A stretch of DNA of 63,965 nt, filler included, from Octopus bimaculoides (GCF_001194135.2; 6 parts of 5 records of this genome joined end to end with filler, not necessarily neighbours in it); one strand, 5' to 3'. Shown: positions 36,896 to 50,860, counted from the whole stretch's first letter. Notes: generated from the sequence alone by a model not told the origin. Numbers and translations are program-made.

Positions 36896-39420
36896 ATTAT
36901 CATTGAGTGAGAGAGCAGCACACACACCATCAAAGTAATATCAGGGTCTAAATATACACAACCCAATGTACCCATCATGACTACCCACCTGATATGGGTA
37001 TACCAGGCACATGCATCACAACCACATGTGCATGATGTGATCGCATCAGTTCTAGTAACTGTGATGTGTGTTTTTGTTTTAATTAATTTTTTTCTTCAAT
37101 TTTCCAGTTTCTGAGAATTGAATTTCTTCTCTTTTCTTCTTTCTCCAGATTGATTCCCGAACTTAGCAGAAAGTTGACCAAATCTCCAAGACTGGGGCAT
37201 CAAGAGTTGCTGTTTTCTGGAGGTCACTCATCGAAGCAAGGAACTGCAATCTTACCAATTCACTTGCCTTTATCTTCACCAACTCAGTCAATGGGGAGGG
37301 CCATCTTTGGAAACCAAAAGATTACAAATTTACCAGCCAACAAACCAACTGATCAACCAAACTTCTTCCCTTATCTCTTCATTGAATGAGACTCTTGGAA
37401 GAGACAAGGAGAATTTTGGTGCCGTTTCCCCTCTTACCATTGTACAGAGAACATTGACAACACTGTACAGAATTTGGAATATATAACATGCACACACAAT
37501 GAGGTGTGTCGAGCCTGAGTGGATGTGAAATGGGAGGTGTGTGTGTGTATGTATGTGTGTGCAAGTTTGCAGTTCTGTTAGGAGAGAGAGAGAGAGAAAC
37601 AGATGAAATGTGTGTGTGTAGCTCTGTGTGTCTATACTGTATATATTAATGAGTTTGTGCGACTATATAGATTAAATCTCTGTGTGCGTGCATATATATA
37701 TTTCTGATGTGTATGTTGCTGTGTGTAAATATACATGCATACATACATCTATATATGTAGTGTATATATGTATATAAGAATATATAAAATGTGTGTATAT
37801 ATAATATATATATATATATAAATGTATATATATAAAGTCTTCAGCACTCTGCCAGTCTTGTCTTACCAAATGCCTTAATCTCTAACCAAAGTTGAAGAAT
37901 ATAAACTGAGAAAATTCTTTCCACCCCACCCCCACTACAACCCATGCCTTCATTCTGGGAATCCTTAACAAAGTGTCTCCCTATTTTTGTCCCCTACTGA
38001 TCACATCCTACAAAACCCTATCAAACCCAGTTTAATCCTTCAGACCAAAACAGCAGTTTAATTCCATGTCAATTAATTTGTAAAATTGATTTGCTATTTT
38101 TCTTGACACAGTTGGGACCTCATTGGGACTTGACCCTCATTCTAAAATAGGGGTCCCACAGGTTGTTAGGGTTTTGGTCCTGGTACTAAAGATGGGACCC
38201 CACAGGTTCTTAGGGATTTGATAGTTGCCCTTTGTAACAGAAATCTCTTTGCTGCTATGCAGTCATCTAACATGCTGGAAAGAGCAGCCAGATCGCCCTT
38301 GAATCATCGCACTATCTTAAGAGAAAACAAGGACACGGATATATGAACGGATGGCATGGTCATGGCTGGAGTGCCTTTCATTATCAGAACTGTATCTGTT
38401 GTAACAGAACTGGGTTGAGGTGAAACAGTGATCATGCCGTCCATACCTGTGTTTGGAGCAATCGTCCATAACTGACCACCACTACTGTGATGTCCATGAC
38501 TGACACCCCCTCCCCCTCCCAACAACAACAATGATGAGGAAATCTTGAGATGTCATTGACTGAGTGACTCTGCTTTTCGAAAAACCCATTCACCTTGCTT
38601 CTTCTCATCCACTCTTCTGCAGTTTTCGAAACACACACACACACACACACTTTAGACTTTCTGTCTGCCTCCCTCTCCCTCCCTCTCTCTCTCCCTCTCC
38701 CTCTCTCCTTTTACTCTCATCCTTATCTCTCTCTTTTCTATTCACAACATATACTAACATAATCACAAGCACCATGTTACAGTAACACATACGTACGCAC
38801 CGTAGTACTCACTACAGCACACACATTCACACACCATAAATTCCTCCAAGAGCAGAGAGTGGAGAGAAGAAAGAAAAGGAAGACCAATTCTTGAAATATT
38901 TAATTTCAAAAATATTTATGCTGGTTTTAACCACGGAGTTATCTCCCTTGGACCCCCCCGTCTACTTTACGTCAGTTATCTCCCTTGCTTTGTTAATCTC
39001 CCTTGCTTTGTTAATCTTCTTTGCTTTGTTAATCTTACCTCAGTGATCTTCGTCTCGTCTCCATTTATCCCCTCCAGGATTTCCGTGAACACCACAAGGC
39101 ACCTATTAATGTAGGCTCTATGATCCTAACTAGAAATGATCTTTATTCTTGATTATCCACGATGTGAATTCACAGAATCGGACAAAATGCGTTGTGCTAT
39201 TTGTTCTGGCCTTTTACATTCTGTGTTCAAACCCCGTCGAAGTCACCTGTGCCTTTCATCCCTCCTGGGCCGATGGAATAATGAACCAGTCCAGACAGGG
39301 AGATGTAATCAACTAATCCTTCCCCTGAAAATTACGGCCCAAATTAGGGACCATTAATTATTTTGATTAGTTCTTTATCAGAGTTGATTGTTTCAAAACG
39401 ATTTCTATTGAATTGCCCTC

Positions 39421-39451
<31 letters not shown>

Positions 39452-39530
39452 GTGATAGTGATGATGATGATGATGATGATGATGATAATGATGATGATGA
39501 TGGTGATAGTGATGATGATGATGATGATTC
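39421..39530. repeat. (GAT)n microsatellite with an internal higher-order duplication
   Basis: Direct observation; ggtgatagt occurs twice. Confidence 0.9.
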
Positions 39531-41579
39531 CAGGAATCTGCTAAAAAAATCAGTTTGTTAAACCCAAAACTTCAGATCTGCCATTACAAGCCATTTTACT
39601 TCAGGACTTCACAGACTCAAAGGGGACACACAGACAGACCATTCCTGTTGACTTCCACTTGACCATTTTAACACAGGAACCAAAAAGGAAAAAAAAAACA
39701 AAAAAAAAACAAAGAGAGCCTTTCCATGGCTGCTGAACCTGGTAGAAATGGCAGCTAAAAATCACTCTAAAACGATAGTCTGCTGTCTTTAAAAACTGGC
39801 AGGACATATTGGATAATGTAGTCCTAGATACACTTTGCCTGGCTAAAAAAAAAAAAAAAAAAGACAGGCTGGATTGCTTTAGTTGATGACCACTAACCTG
39901 GGGTTAAACAACAATCCATGGATTCTCTCCGATCTCCGTCCAATTTTGACAAACGACCAATTACGGTGAGCAACAAATTCCAGGAGGTTTTCGAGAGGAA
40001 TTTCATGGACCAAAATCTTTGATTTTTCTCAATTCCTATCATTTATTGATTAGATTGATATCTGATAGAAAAAAAAACCCAACAACAAAAAAGACAAAAC
40101 AAAATGTAATAAAGTGTATTTAATTAGCCTGTCATTTAATTTATCACATAATTATGATTAAGAATAATTTTTTTTTTTTTGAAGTAAAGAAATAATTTAA
40201 ACATTTTGGTTTTGTTATTTCTTTTTGTTTAATTTATTGTTTTCTTTCTACCCCAACTCGGGAATTGTTTTTTGGATTTAAGGACTTTGCCAACTCCTCA
40301 TTAAAGGCCCGTGATATGCAGGAGACTAACTAGGGGGTCGATAAATTAAGTACCAGTTGCGTAGTGGGGTCTAATCAACTGCCCCACCCCCCAAAAAAAA
40401 TTCGGGCCTTGTGCCTAAAGTAGAAAAGAATTCTGTTTGAAACAAGATGGTGGGGACGAAAACAAAAATTAAAAAACGAAGCAGGTTTAATTAATTAGTA
40501 ACTTCCACCGACCTCTCCTTTCACTCCCGCTCTTCCCCCTCCCCTCGAACTGTCAGCGTTGATCTTTGATAAAACACTTGGAGCTTCTTCTTAAACTTCG
40601 TCGTTTTCTATAAATCAACCGCTTCCAGCTTTTTGTCAAGGCAGCCATCTTTTAAATCTAGTTAACAACAACGCCGACGACGACGACCGCTAAAACGGCA
40701 ACAACAGCAGCAGCAGCAGCTAATATCAGTGAAACCAGTTTGTCTCTTGAAATTGCTTCCAGCTTTCAACGTCAGTTTACCGGAAAATGTATCGATATTA
40801 CCTTTTGATCTGTATTGATTTTTGGACATCGAAGAGGCTTCTTCGCCGTCGTCGTTGATCAGCCTCAGGTCAGTCGGAGATCAAGAATATCTATGGTCAA
40901 CGATGTTCCAACCGTGGCCACCCATTTCTAGATATCGTGGACCCAGAGACTAATTAACTCATTCATTAGGTTCTTCCGTTGGGAAGACAGTAGACCCCAT
41001 TCTATGACGGAGATTTAGCTGCTACATCTTGTAAGTCGAACGTTCTCGTTGAAGCTACCTCTTTCGTTCGCGACAAAGGCGAAGAACGAACACTGTTAAG
41101 GGGTGTCGGGGGGGGGGGGAATTCTCCGAGAATTGAGATAATTGGGGAACTCGGCCGGTTGGCTTCTATCAGTATCGAAGTAATTTCTTCAGATGCGTAT
41201 ACACACACACATACATGTCTCTGTGTGTGTGTGTGTGTAATATATATATACACGCACACACACACACACACGTGTGTGTGTGTGTGTATATATCCTTGCC
41301 TTAGTATCAAATTGGGTTAACTACACATGTACTACATGTGTAGTTAGCCTATTTCGATACTAAGGCAACGATATATATATATATAAACACATACCTACAT
41401 TATGTGTGTGTGTGTGTATGTATACTTCTATATAAGTATATGTAAGTACATGTTTATATATGTGTGTGTGTGTATGTATGTATATATGTCCTCTATACTT
41501 CCCCCTCATTAACCTCGCGCGCACACACACACACACACACGATTCTTATTGCTATTATTTCTCAAAACCAAAAACAATG

Positions 41580-41760
41580 GATTGACAGAATCGGTAGAGC
41601 ATCGGACAACACCTCTTGCTGTACTTGTTCCGGTTGTTTACCTTCTGAGTTCAAATCTTAGATTAACTTGAATTTTTTCATCCTTCCAGGGGCAATCACT
41701 AAAATAATATACCAGTCCGATGCTGGCGTCGGTTTAATCGACCAGACACCCCTCGTTAGA
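41580..41760 (+). mobile_element. SINE family C
   Basis: gacagaatcggtagagcatcggac...ttctgagttcaaat. Confidence 0.6.
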
Positions 41761-41848
41761 TTATTTCTCAAACGAAAGGTAAACCCAGGGATTGTTGGTC
41801 TTTCATAAATTTAGAGTCTCCAAATATTGCTGTAGCAACATGACTAGG

Positions 41849-41888
<40 letters not shown>

Positions 41889-41891
41889 CAG

Positions 41892-41939
<48 letters not shown>

Positions 41940-42247
41940 GTAGATAGATAGATAGATAAATTAGTAGAGAGATTAGTAGATAGTGAGAGAAAGTGAAATA
42001 ATATAAAACGGTGGATAATAAAGAGATCGGTAGAAAGAGGGATATTGTAACCAATAGATGGATGAGTATGGATAGATGGATCAATAAACAATAATATAGA
42101 TAGATTGACTGACTGATATATATATATATCGATAGCTAAATAGATAGGGCTGTGGTAGCTGTGGAGGAAGAAATAGTATGGAGGGGCGTCAGTTGTGTGT
42201 GTGTGGAGATAGAGAAATACATAGAGCTCGATAAATAGGTATACAAA

Positions 42248-42293
<46 letters not shown>

Positions 42294-43462
42294 CACACAC
42301 ACACACACACAAACACACACATCGATAAACAAGCAACACGGATATGATCAAGTCTCGAAACCTTGGCGACACACTTATAAACAATAACGACGAAGACGAC
42401 ATCAACAACAACAACAATAATAATAATCCACAATAGCTAAAGCTACTAAGTGCTAAGTGAGTGAGCAGACAGGATTATTTGCCGAAGGCGTGTAGATCTT
42501 TACTCAGACTCAAAATGTCACTTCAATGGCTGCCGTTTGTTACAACAAACTCCGTCGTTTTGTTTATCATGGCGACAAATAACTCGGTTGTTTTAGTTAA
42601 GTCTCTAGTTTTTATAATCAATGGCACCCACAAATGAAAGACAGCCACTGGAATTATGTCTGAAACCGGATTTATTTGGTACTATTTAGTTATCTATTAT
42701 ATATTCTTTTATAAAGGAGTCGACCTGGGCGATATTGTCGACTTTATCCTGTTGGTATCATTGTTCCATGCTGGAGCACCGATATCAACGCTGTAAAGTC
42801 CAATAGATTGCTCTGGTCAACTCCTTCAGCGTTCGTCGATTGGGCCTTATTTTTATCGACCCTAAAATAATGTTTGTCTTTTTTATAGCAACATTCATTC
42901 ATCCTTTCTTCTTTACGTTTAGTAGAGAACAATATCGTTTCTGCGTTTCTTAACGTTTCGAGATCGTCTCAGCTTCGTCTTCTGGATTATTTTGTCGGAT
43001 TTGTGATGGCAATCATTGACATCGTTGGTTCAAATCCCGCCTTCCTAAAGTCAGCTTTATTTATTTCTTTTTCCGGGGTTGATAAAATAAATGCAGAGGA
43101 GGAAGAGCGATATGGTGGATGTTAGACAGTTCAAGTTGAGGTTCGTACCACCGACCGAACCCGTTGCCCCTCCGTTGGGAAGTGTGCCACCGGATCGGGA
43201 GGCTCTGTCAGTGGGATTTGTGCCACTGACAGAGCAGGTTGCGGCCCCTCCCGGTGATGAGGAAACGGAGTATATCTTCTGTTACCTCAAGGGAGGGCCC
43301 GTTGAAAAGTGTCTGGATGATCTATTTGACCGTGAGCGTTACGACTCGGTATCAATAGACCATCCACGTTGGCCTCCGCAGGTGGCTGCGGAGGTCTCAA
43401 ATCATAGTGAAGTCATGGAGGTCGAAAAGACCTGTCAAAAAGAGAATTTTATTTACGTTCTT

Positions 43463-43562
43463 NNNNNNNNNNNNNNNNNNNNNNNNNNNNNNNNNNNNNN
43501 NNNNNNTTAATTAATTAANNNNNNNNNNNNNNNNNNNNNNNNNNNNNNNNNNNNNNNNNNNN
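43463..43562. other. Artificial scaffold spacer
   Basis: 44N-TTAATTAATTAA-44N. Confidence 0.95.
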
Positions 43563-43575
43563 GTGTGTGTGTGTG

Positions 43576-43958
43576 TGGAGGGGCAATAGTCCAGTGGTTA
43601 GGGCAGCGGACTCGCGGTCGTAGAATCGCGCTTCAGATTCCCAGACCGGGCGTTGTGAGTGTTTATTGAGCGAAAACACCTAAAGCTCCACGAGGCTCCG
43701 TCAGGGGCTGGTAGCGAACCCTGCTGTACTCTTTCACCACAACTTTCTCTCACTCTATCTTCATGATTCTGTTGTACCTGTATTTCAATGGGCCAGCCAT
43801 GTCATACTCTGTGTCACGCTGAATCTCCCTCGAGAACTACGTTAAGGGTACACGTGTCTGTGGAGTGCTCACCCACTTCCACGTTAATTTCACGAGCAGG
43901 CTGTTCCGTTGATCGGATGAACTGGAACCCGCGTCGTCGTAACCGACGGAGTGCCAAC
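43576..43958 (+). mobile_element. Full-length tRNA-derived SINE family E
   Basis: Head ggcaatagtccagtggttagggcagcggactc, and body gagaactacgttaagggtacacg...gcacgttaatttcacgagcagg. An inverted copy lies at 63060-63360. Confidence 0.8.
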
Positions 43959-46026
43959 CAATTTGTATATATAAAAGAATAATGGAAAACGGAGACGAAC
44001 GTTTAAAGACGTTATTTAAATCATTTATATCACCATATCACCGATATATATTTGGATAGACGAATTAAAATAAATGCGAGAGGAAGAATAATGGGGAAAA
44101 GTGCATCAATCTTATCAGGGAGGATGTAAACAACAGTGCTCATCAATAAGTCATTTTTACAGATGTAAATATAATATATATATACATGGAAAAGAAAAGT
44201 TATTCTTCGCATTTGGTAAACTTGTGTTTTGATCAAGGCGGAGTCCATGTAAGCTATGGAAAGCATTACAAATTTTTCAAGGGCCATTTTCACCAACAGA
44301 AAATAAAATTTCATGGAAGCACGCTGTTTCTTCGTTTCAGCACTCATAAAATCGATGAATAGGGCAGAGGCACTGTAAAACATTGTCACATCACCAGACA
44401 GCAGGCGCCGACGCCAGTCGGTACACTGAAGCATGAACGTCGCTGAATCTTGTGTCTGAGTATGCGTCTGTATGTGTCCGTTCTGAATGATAAGATCATG
44501 GGAAGTTATGATATCTTCTTACTAAGTAAAATAGCCCAAAGTATATAAACAACACTGCAATATTATCTGAAACATTTTTTGTTATATATTTTTGCGTATG
44601 ATATAGTTTTATGTTTACACTATTTCACGATATGAGTAATCGAACATCTGATCAATGTCATAAACATCAAAAAAAAAATCAGCCATATCAGATTTTTGAA
44701 CTAAAAAGGTTAGACATGGCTATCAATCTTGGCATTACTTTATAATGACAAATGCAATCATACTCTTCTTCTGTTCTATTCATTGGGTTTGTCTTTCTGT
44801 GTTTTATCATAGTTTTGGTTTTCAAGTAACAAAAATTGCCATATATACATATATAGAATGAGGTACGTGTGTCAATCCATTACGTCTGTTTCTAACAACT
44901 CCTTTAATTGATTAATGAAAACATTAAATCATTGTAACGAAACCGTTTTTGTCAAATGAATTCACGAACTTCAAAATAAAGTGATTTTCGAAATGATTTA
45001 GCATAGTTAAAATCCACGGACCAAAATCGTTTACTGTGTTTCTGCTATTATTTTAATTGACAGTGGTGCCTCAACTTGAGGGCTTAATTCAATATATGTC
45101 TGTGTGTGGTGTGTAATAAAAATACGTATGGAGAAAATCACATCTTAATATGTGATTTGTAGAATTTACCTCACAAATGCGACAATTGTTTCTATTGTGT
45201 TAACATATGCAAACATAGAAACTATGATTGAAATGAATATTTCCGAAAACACATGCTAACGCAAAGTTTTAAGGTCGATCTAAAATTAGTTAAATTCAAA
45301 GTGAACAAGGGAAATATTTCCAGTACACGACCGCGTGTAAAAACAACACAAAAAAAAATACATAATCTAAGAAAACATATTTTTGTATTAAACTCGTGGT
45401 GACGACAGTGGAGTAGAGAAGAATAAAAGATGAACATAAGAATTCTACGTTGCAATAACTAACGGTGATTTTCCGTCACAACTATTAGTTATCTATTTTT
45501 GAAATATAGTAAACTTTTGAGAAAAATTATACTTATTATATACCTTATGAATAGCAATTAAAATTAAGAATTGACATATTTGAAATGCATTTCGAAATAT
45601 GTGGCAACGTTTCATTGTCAAATTTCCAAAAAAAAAATTAATGAAATTAGTTTTGAAGTAATTATGTAATACATTTCTTCAAGGCAAAGATCACATGTAG
45701 AACTGACAAATCATACTTAATGTCTTTTATATTTCAATTCCCGAATGCATGTACTAAGATTTGCTGAATTAGCTGTTTCCTATACTTAAATGAAAAGATG
45801 ATTATGAAATATAGATTTTCAAATTGTACCGGTTGAACCTATGTAATTCTACGTACGATGTCCTGTTATTAGCTTACACTGATATACTTATCCTTAAATA
45901 CTGATTTTCTAAAGTGCAAATAATCTTGCTTTTACGATTATACAGGCAAATATCCACTTGTATTTTGCCCTAATGGTTAAAAACATTCCTACTAGTCCTC
46001 TCCGAATTAGGTGTTATGGCAAGGTT

Positions 46027-46063
46027 GTTGTTGTTATTATTATTATTATCATTATTACTATTA

Positions 46064-46139
<76 letters not shown>

Positions 46140-46163
46140 CATTATTATTATTATTATTATTAC

Positions 46164-46209
<46 letters not shown>

Positions 46210-46210
46210 G
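46027..46210. repeat. Long (ATT)n microsatellite
   Basis: Direct observation. Others lie at 47118-47280 and 60786-61000. Confidence 0.95.
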
Positions 46211-46699
46211 AAACTAAGTGTTAACATAACCGAATTATTAGAGTTGGAATTACTTTAACTTAAAGAATCTAAATGCAGTTCAGAAAAATTATCATTAGAG
46301 TTAATTTCAAAATACACTTTATCGATTTTACTCCATATGAATTTGAATAGAGATGTTCCATAATTCTTCTTTAATTTTCTGTTGATTGTGTGCCTCTCTA
46401 ATCTCATCTAAATTTCTAGTGGTTGAATACGAAAATTTTATATATTGTGGTGATTAATTAATTTCCCATATTTAACTGAAGGTGAGAAATACGTATCTAG
46501 TGCAGCAGAGAACCTTGAGGGAATATCGGTAGCTATTGAATATGTAAGTGGTGTATTGTACCAAATACATACCTTGATTTACTGTTCTTGTTATTTATAT
46601 ACACGCTTTTCTTCGTATGAACATTATTAATTTTAGATTTTTCCTGCAGTAATTTTTATTCTTACATTTATTATTATTATTCATGTTTTACAGTTTTAC

Positions 46700-47171
46700 T
46701 TCTGAGAGCGCTCAGTTTTATTTACTCTGATAGATTATGTGAGAGAGGACAGCAGATCTATTTCCGCACATTATAAGCTTCGATATTTTGTCGTTAATGA
46801 TAGTGGGAGACATTCGAGGTCCAAGTAGCAATGTGAAAATCGTAGCTGTCGCTAGCAGAACAGTTTTAGGGGATTGATCTGCTCTATCAGTTCCTATTTC
46901 TTTCACATATTTCTCGAACTTGGTTGTTAGTGCACCGATGTACCTACAACTACTTCAATGGCAGACACTCTCTTCATAGTCCACATTCTTGCAATTTCGT
47001 CTTTTAATAGTTTATACTTTTCAATATTTTGTAGTTTTTTTTCTTTTTTTTCATTTATGCGTGCATGCCCTGGTACTGAAATACCTATAATCTTGGTTTA
47101 TTTTTTCCCCTCATCTACTACAACATCTGGTCTCCGAGCATGCTTTAAAGAGTCTATCATTATTATTATTA

Positions 47172-47244
<73 letters not shown>

Positions 47245-47250
47245 CATCAT

Positions 47251-47281
<31 letters not shown>

Positions 47282-47870
47282 AATATTTATGCCAGCCATA
47301 TATTTATTTTCTAGAGAGTGAGATCCATAGTTTTTGATAATAAATTCATCTTCAATACTTAGTTTTTCACCAATCACATTTGTATCATTATTCTTCTTCC
47401 TTTTATTTACATTAGTTAAAGAAGATTGGTTGATGGATTTGTTTCTATCGTTATATTTATTTTTATTACACTCATTATTAAATTCCGACTTAACTAATAT
47501 TCTATCATTTCCGGGAATTTTATTATTACTTTGATTCCGGATAAAGTTAATTTTGTCTTTATATCAAGTTTCAAATAATGCGTGATTTTAGTAATTTTCA
47601 GTTTATTTAAATACATCATCGTTAGCTGAAACCCTCGAAATATGTGTAAACATATTTTTAATAATAGGATTTGTGATGCTTCTTGGATGATTAGAATTTT
47701 TGTTCACACACATTGAGGTCACGTTGGTTTATGATATGGTTGGTATAGTTTAGTACTTACATCCAGAGTAACATCAAGGAAGTTAACATTGGTATAATTA
47801 TTTTCAATCTTATATTGGAGGTTGCATTTTATGCGTTGACCCGAGCACAGAACACAGCTTGCCTCTTTGA
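46700..47870 (-). mobile_element. Penelope-like retroelement fragments (RT and C-terminal tail)
   Basis: YKIENNYTNVNFLDVTLDVSTKLYQPYHKP at ~47720-47850 is the PLE RT motif (NFLDVT...YxKP). GNRSAVLSHIIYQSK at ~46720 resembles the PLE tail NKRSEL.S.C.HxNK. Confidence 0.65.
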
Positions 47871-47882
47871 GCTGGGAAATTA

Positions 47883-48110
47883 ATGTAATGCCTGGTGTGT
47901 GTCTTTTTGTAGGTATCCCACCTAAAAATACGGGGAATAGGGCTGAGTATATAAACACGCTCATTATCTCGTATTCAGAACTATGAACATGCAATGAATG
48001 GAATGCCTGGCGTGTGTCTTGTTTTGGCTATCCCCTCCTAAAAATATGGTGAATAGGCCTGGGTATATACATACACTCATTTTCACGTATTCACAACTAT
48101 GAACATGCAT
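47883..48110. repeat. Two-copy ~115-bp tandem duplication
   Basis: aatgcctggtgtgtgtct...aactatgaacatgca is repeated with roughly 80% identity (by eye). Confidence 0.85.
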
Positions 48111-48860
48111 ACCTATAGATTCATGAATATATATGCAGAGACATATACTTTTGGTTTTTCTTGTCCAAATGCTCACAATTTTTCCTACACAAATGCACCT
48201 GCATATACAGATGTTAATGTATATATAAATGTATGCGATAGAAAATATCATAGCGTAAAGCAACAATTGAATTTCACATACAGGAGAGTGTGACAAGTAA
48301 GTAACTTAAAAAGAACAATACTTCATTCGTCATTATTAATGGAAAGCCAAGATTAAAAATGTGAGGTTGCATTTTAAGTTTTTTGCACAAATCTGGTAGG
48401 ACGCAACAGGAAAATATGAAATAAATAAGGAATGATTTTCTTTGATGTATATGGCATTTCCAGACATTCATTTACTTAAAACATGAAATATTGTAAGCAT
48501 AATTTTATGACACAGACCGAAATGTAAAGAAGTTGAGATACATTTAGTTTCTGAGATTCGTTCTATTTCACTTTAATGAAAATACCGTAACATTTACTCT
48601 AGCTAACATATTTTTTATGAGCGTCGACAAATACTTAAACTCAACACGCGTAAAACCAAGTATTGAAACACACATAAATGCGCATATGTATCTCTCAAAA
48701 TCTGAAGAACTGACACATCTCCTATGCTAACAGTATCTTATATTTTCATTCGAATAGGAATACATAAAAATCATTGATTCTTGCATATGTATCAAAATAC
48801 ATATATACACAGTACTCCTGAGTACTAATATAGTATGTTCAAAAATTCACTATCCGTTTG

Positions 48861-49236
48861 TGCGCATAAATGCACTATCCTGTTTGTGTGCATGCGTTTG
48901 TGTACTTGCGTATGCACACATGCACGCATGTATGTATGTATGTATGTATGTATGCATGTATTTATGTATACATATATGTACATATATATGTATGTGTGCA
49001 TGTATCTGTGTGTGCGTATGCATATATGCATGTATTCGTGTGTGTATGTATGTATTCAGCATATTAATGTGTTTGTGAGTGTGCGCATAAATGCACTATC
49101 CTGTTTGTGTGCATGCGTTTGTGTACTTGCGTATGCACACATGCATGCATGCATGTATGTATGTATGCATGTATGCATGTATGTATGTATGCATGTATGT
49201 ATGTGTGTATGTCTTTATGCATGTATTTATGTATAC
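48861..49236. repeat. ~220-bp tandem duplication of microsatellite-rich DNA
   Basis: gtgcgcataaatgcactatcctgtttgtgtgcatgcgtttgtgtacttgcg occurs at 48860 and 49081. Confidence 0.8.
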
Positions 49237-50069
49237 NNNNNNNNNNNNNNNNNNNNNNNNNNNNNNNNNNNNNNNNNNNNNNNNNNNNNNNNNNNNNNNN
49301 NNNNNNNNNNNNNNNNNNNNNNNNNNNNNNNNNNNNNNNNNNNNNNNNNNNNNNNNNNNNNNNNNNNNNNNNNNNNNNNNNNNNNNNNNNNNNNNNNNNN
49401 NNNNNNNNNNNNNNNNNNNNNNNNNNNNNNNNNNNNNNNNNNNNNNNNNNNNNNNNNNNNNNNNNNNNNNNNNNNNNNNNNNNNNNNNNNNNNNNNNNNN
49501 NNNNNNNNNNNNNNNNNNNNNNNNNNNNNNNNNNNNNNNNNNNNNNNNNNNNNNNNNNNNNNNNNNNNNNNNNNNNNNNNNNNNNNNNNNNNNNNNNNNN
49601 NNNNNNNNNNNNNNNNNNNNNNNNNNNNNNNNNNNNNNNNNNNNNNNNNNNNNNNNNNNNNNNNNNNNNNNNNNNNNNNNNNNNNNNNNNNNNNNNNNNN
49701 NNNNNNNNNNNNNNNNNNNNNNNNNNNNNNNNNNNNNNNNNNNNNNNNNNNNNNNNNNNNNNNNNNNNNNNNNNNNNNNNNNNNNNNNNNNNNNNNNNNN
49801 NNNNNNNNNNNNNNNNNNNNNNNNNNNNNNNNNNNNNNNNNNNNNNNNNNNNNNNNNNNNNNNNNNNNNNNNNNNNNNNNNNNNNNNNNNNNNNNNNNNN
49901 NNNNNNNNNNNNNNNNNNNNNNNNNNNNNNNNNNNNNNNNNNNNNNNNNNNNNNNNNNNNNNNNNNNNNNNNNNATATATATATATATATATAAATATAT
50001 TTGCATACATAACAGCCTACTAGCAAATGCATATGTATATATTTTGAGTGTTGGGGTATCACTATCTTT

Positions 50070-50860
50070 TCTATGTATACTTATTTTGTACAGAGCATAT
50101 TTCATTTACCAATAAGTATTCCTGTATTTTTCTGTGTGATGGGACCTTCGGGTACTTGGATAAAATGCGTATGTCAAATCGGCCCAGTATCCTCCATGTT
50201 TGTCTCCGGCATGTTGGTAGCGTATGGAGAACTGTTTTTTTGTCATCATGTTGCCTCATATGTTCATTTAATCTCTCGGCAATACTTCTAGATGTCTCTT
50301 CAATGTATGCCATGTTCTTTCTTTACAAGCACCCTCTATACTGTAGACTACATATTTAGTTCTACACTTAATGGCAGGGTTAATCTTACATACCGCTCAG
50401 TTTTTCATTAGTGCATGTGGTATTTTCAAATGGGTAAGTCCTACATAACTGTGATTTGCTGGAGCTCCCTGTGCGATCTTAATGTTGAGTTTGGTCTCAT
50501 TCAGAACATTCGTAAATCTACGGGCTAATACCCCATGTGGTGTCACTTCTACCAACATCATTCCTTGATGGTTATCAGCCCTGTACCATGTGCTTACTTT
50601 GTTTGCTTTGTCACAAATTCTGTGTATATCATTGCAGTCTTTACCTCTATATCTAATGCGGGTTGCTATCTAACCTCCTTCTACCTTCCCTTGTATACAC
50701 GAACCCTATCTTTCCGGTCATATCCAGATAATTGCAAGCGGTGTATTTTTTGAAGAGTTGATAGCCTATTTGCAGATCAACGTCATCATCTACTGTTACT
50801 AATAAAAGCACATTTGGTGCTATTTCTGTCTTTAACATTTCGTTCGTGTGATGTGGCAAA
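50070..50860 (-). mobile_element. Penelope-like element GIY-YIG endonuclease remnant
   Basis: YIEETSRSIAERLNEH...FDIRILSKY...RKIQEYLLV matches the GIY-YIG motif YIGETSR.L.ER..EH...RKI.EA. Confidence 0.75.

Noticed and set aside
45958-47377. Poly-Ile, poly-Leu, poly-Tyr and poly-Asn ORFs
   Set aside because: They are translations of (ATT)n microsatellites.
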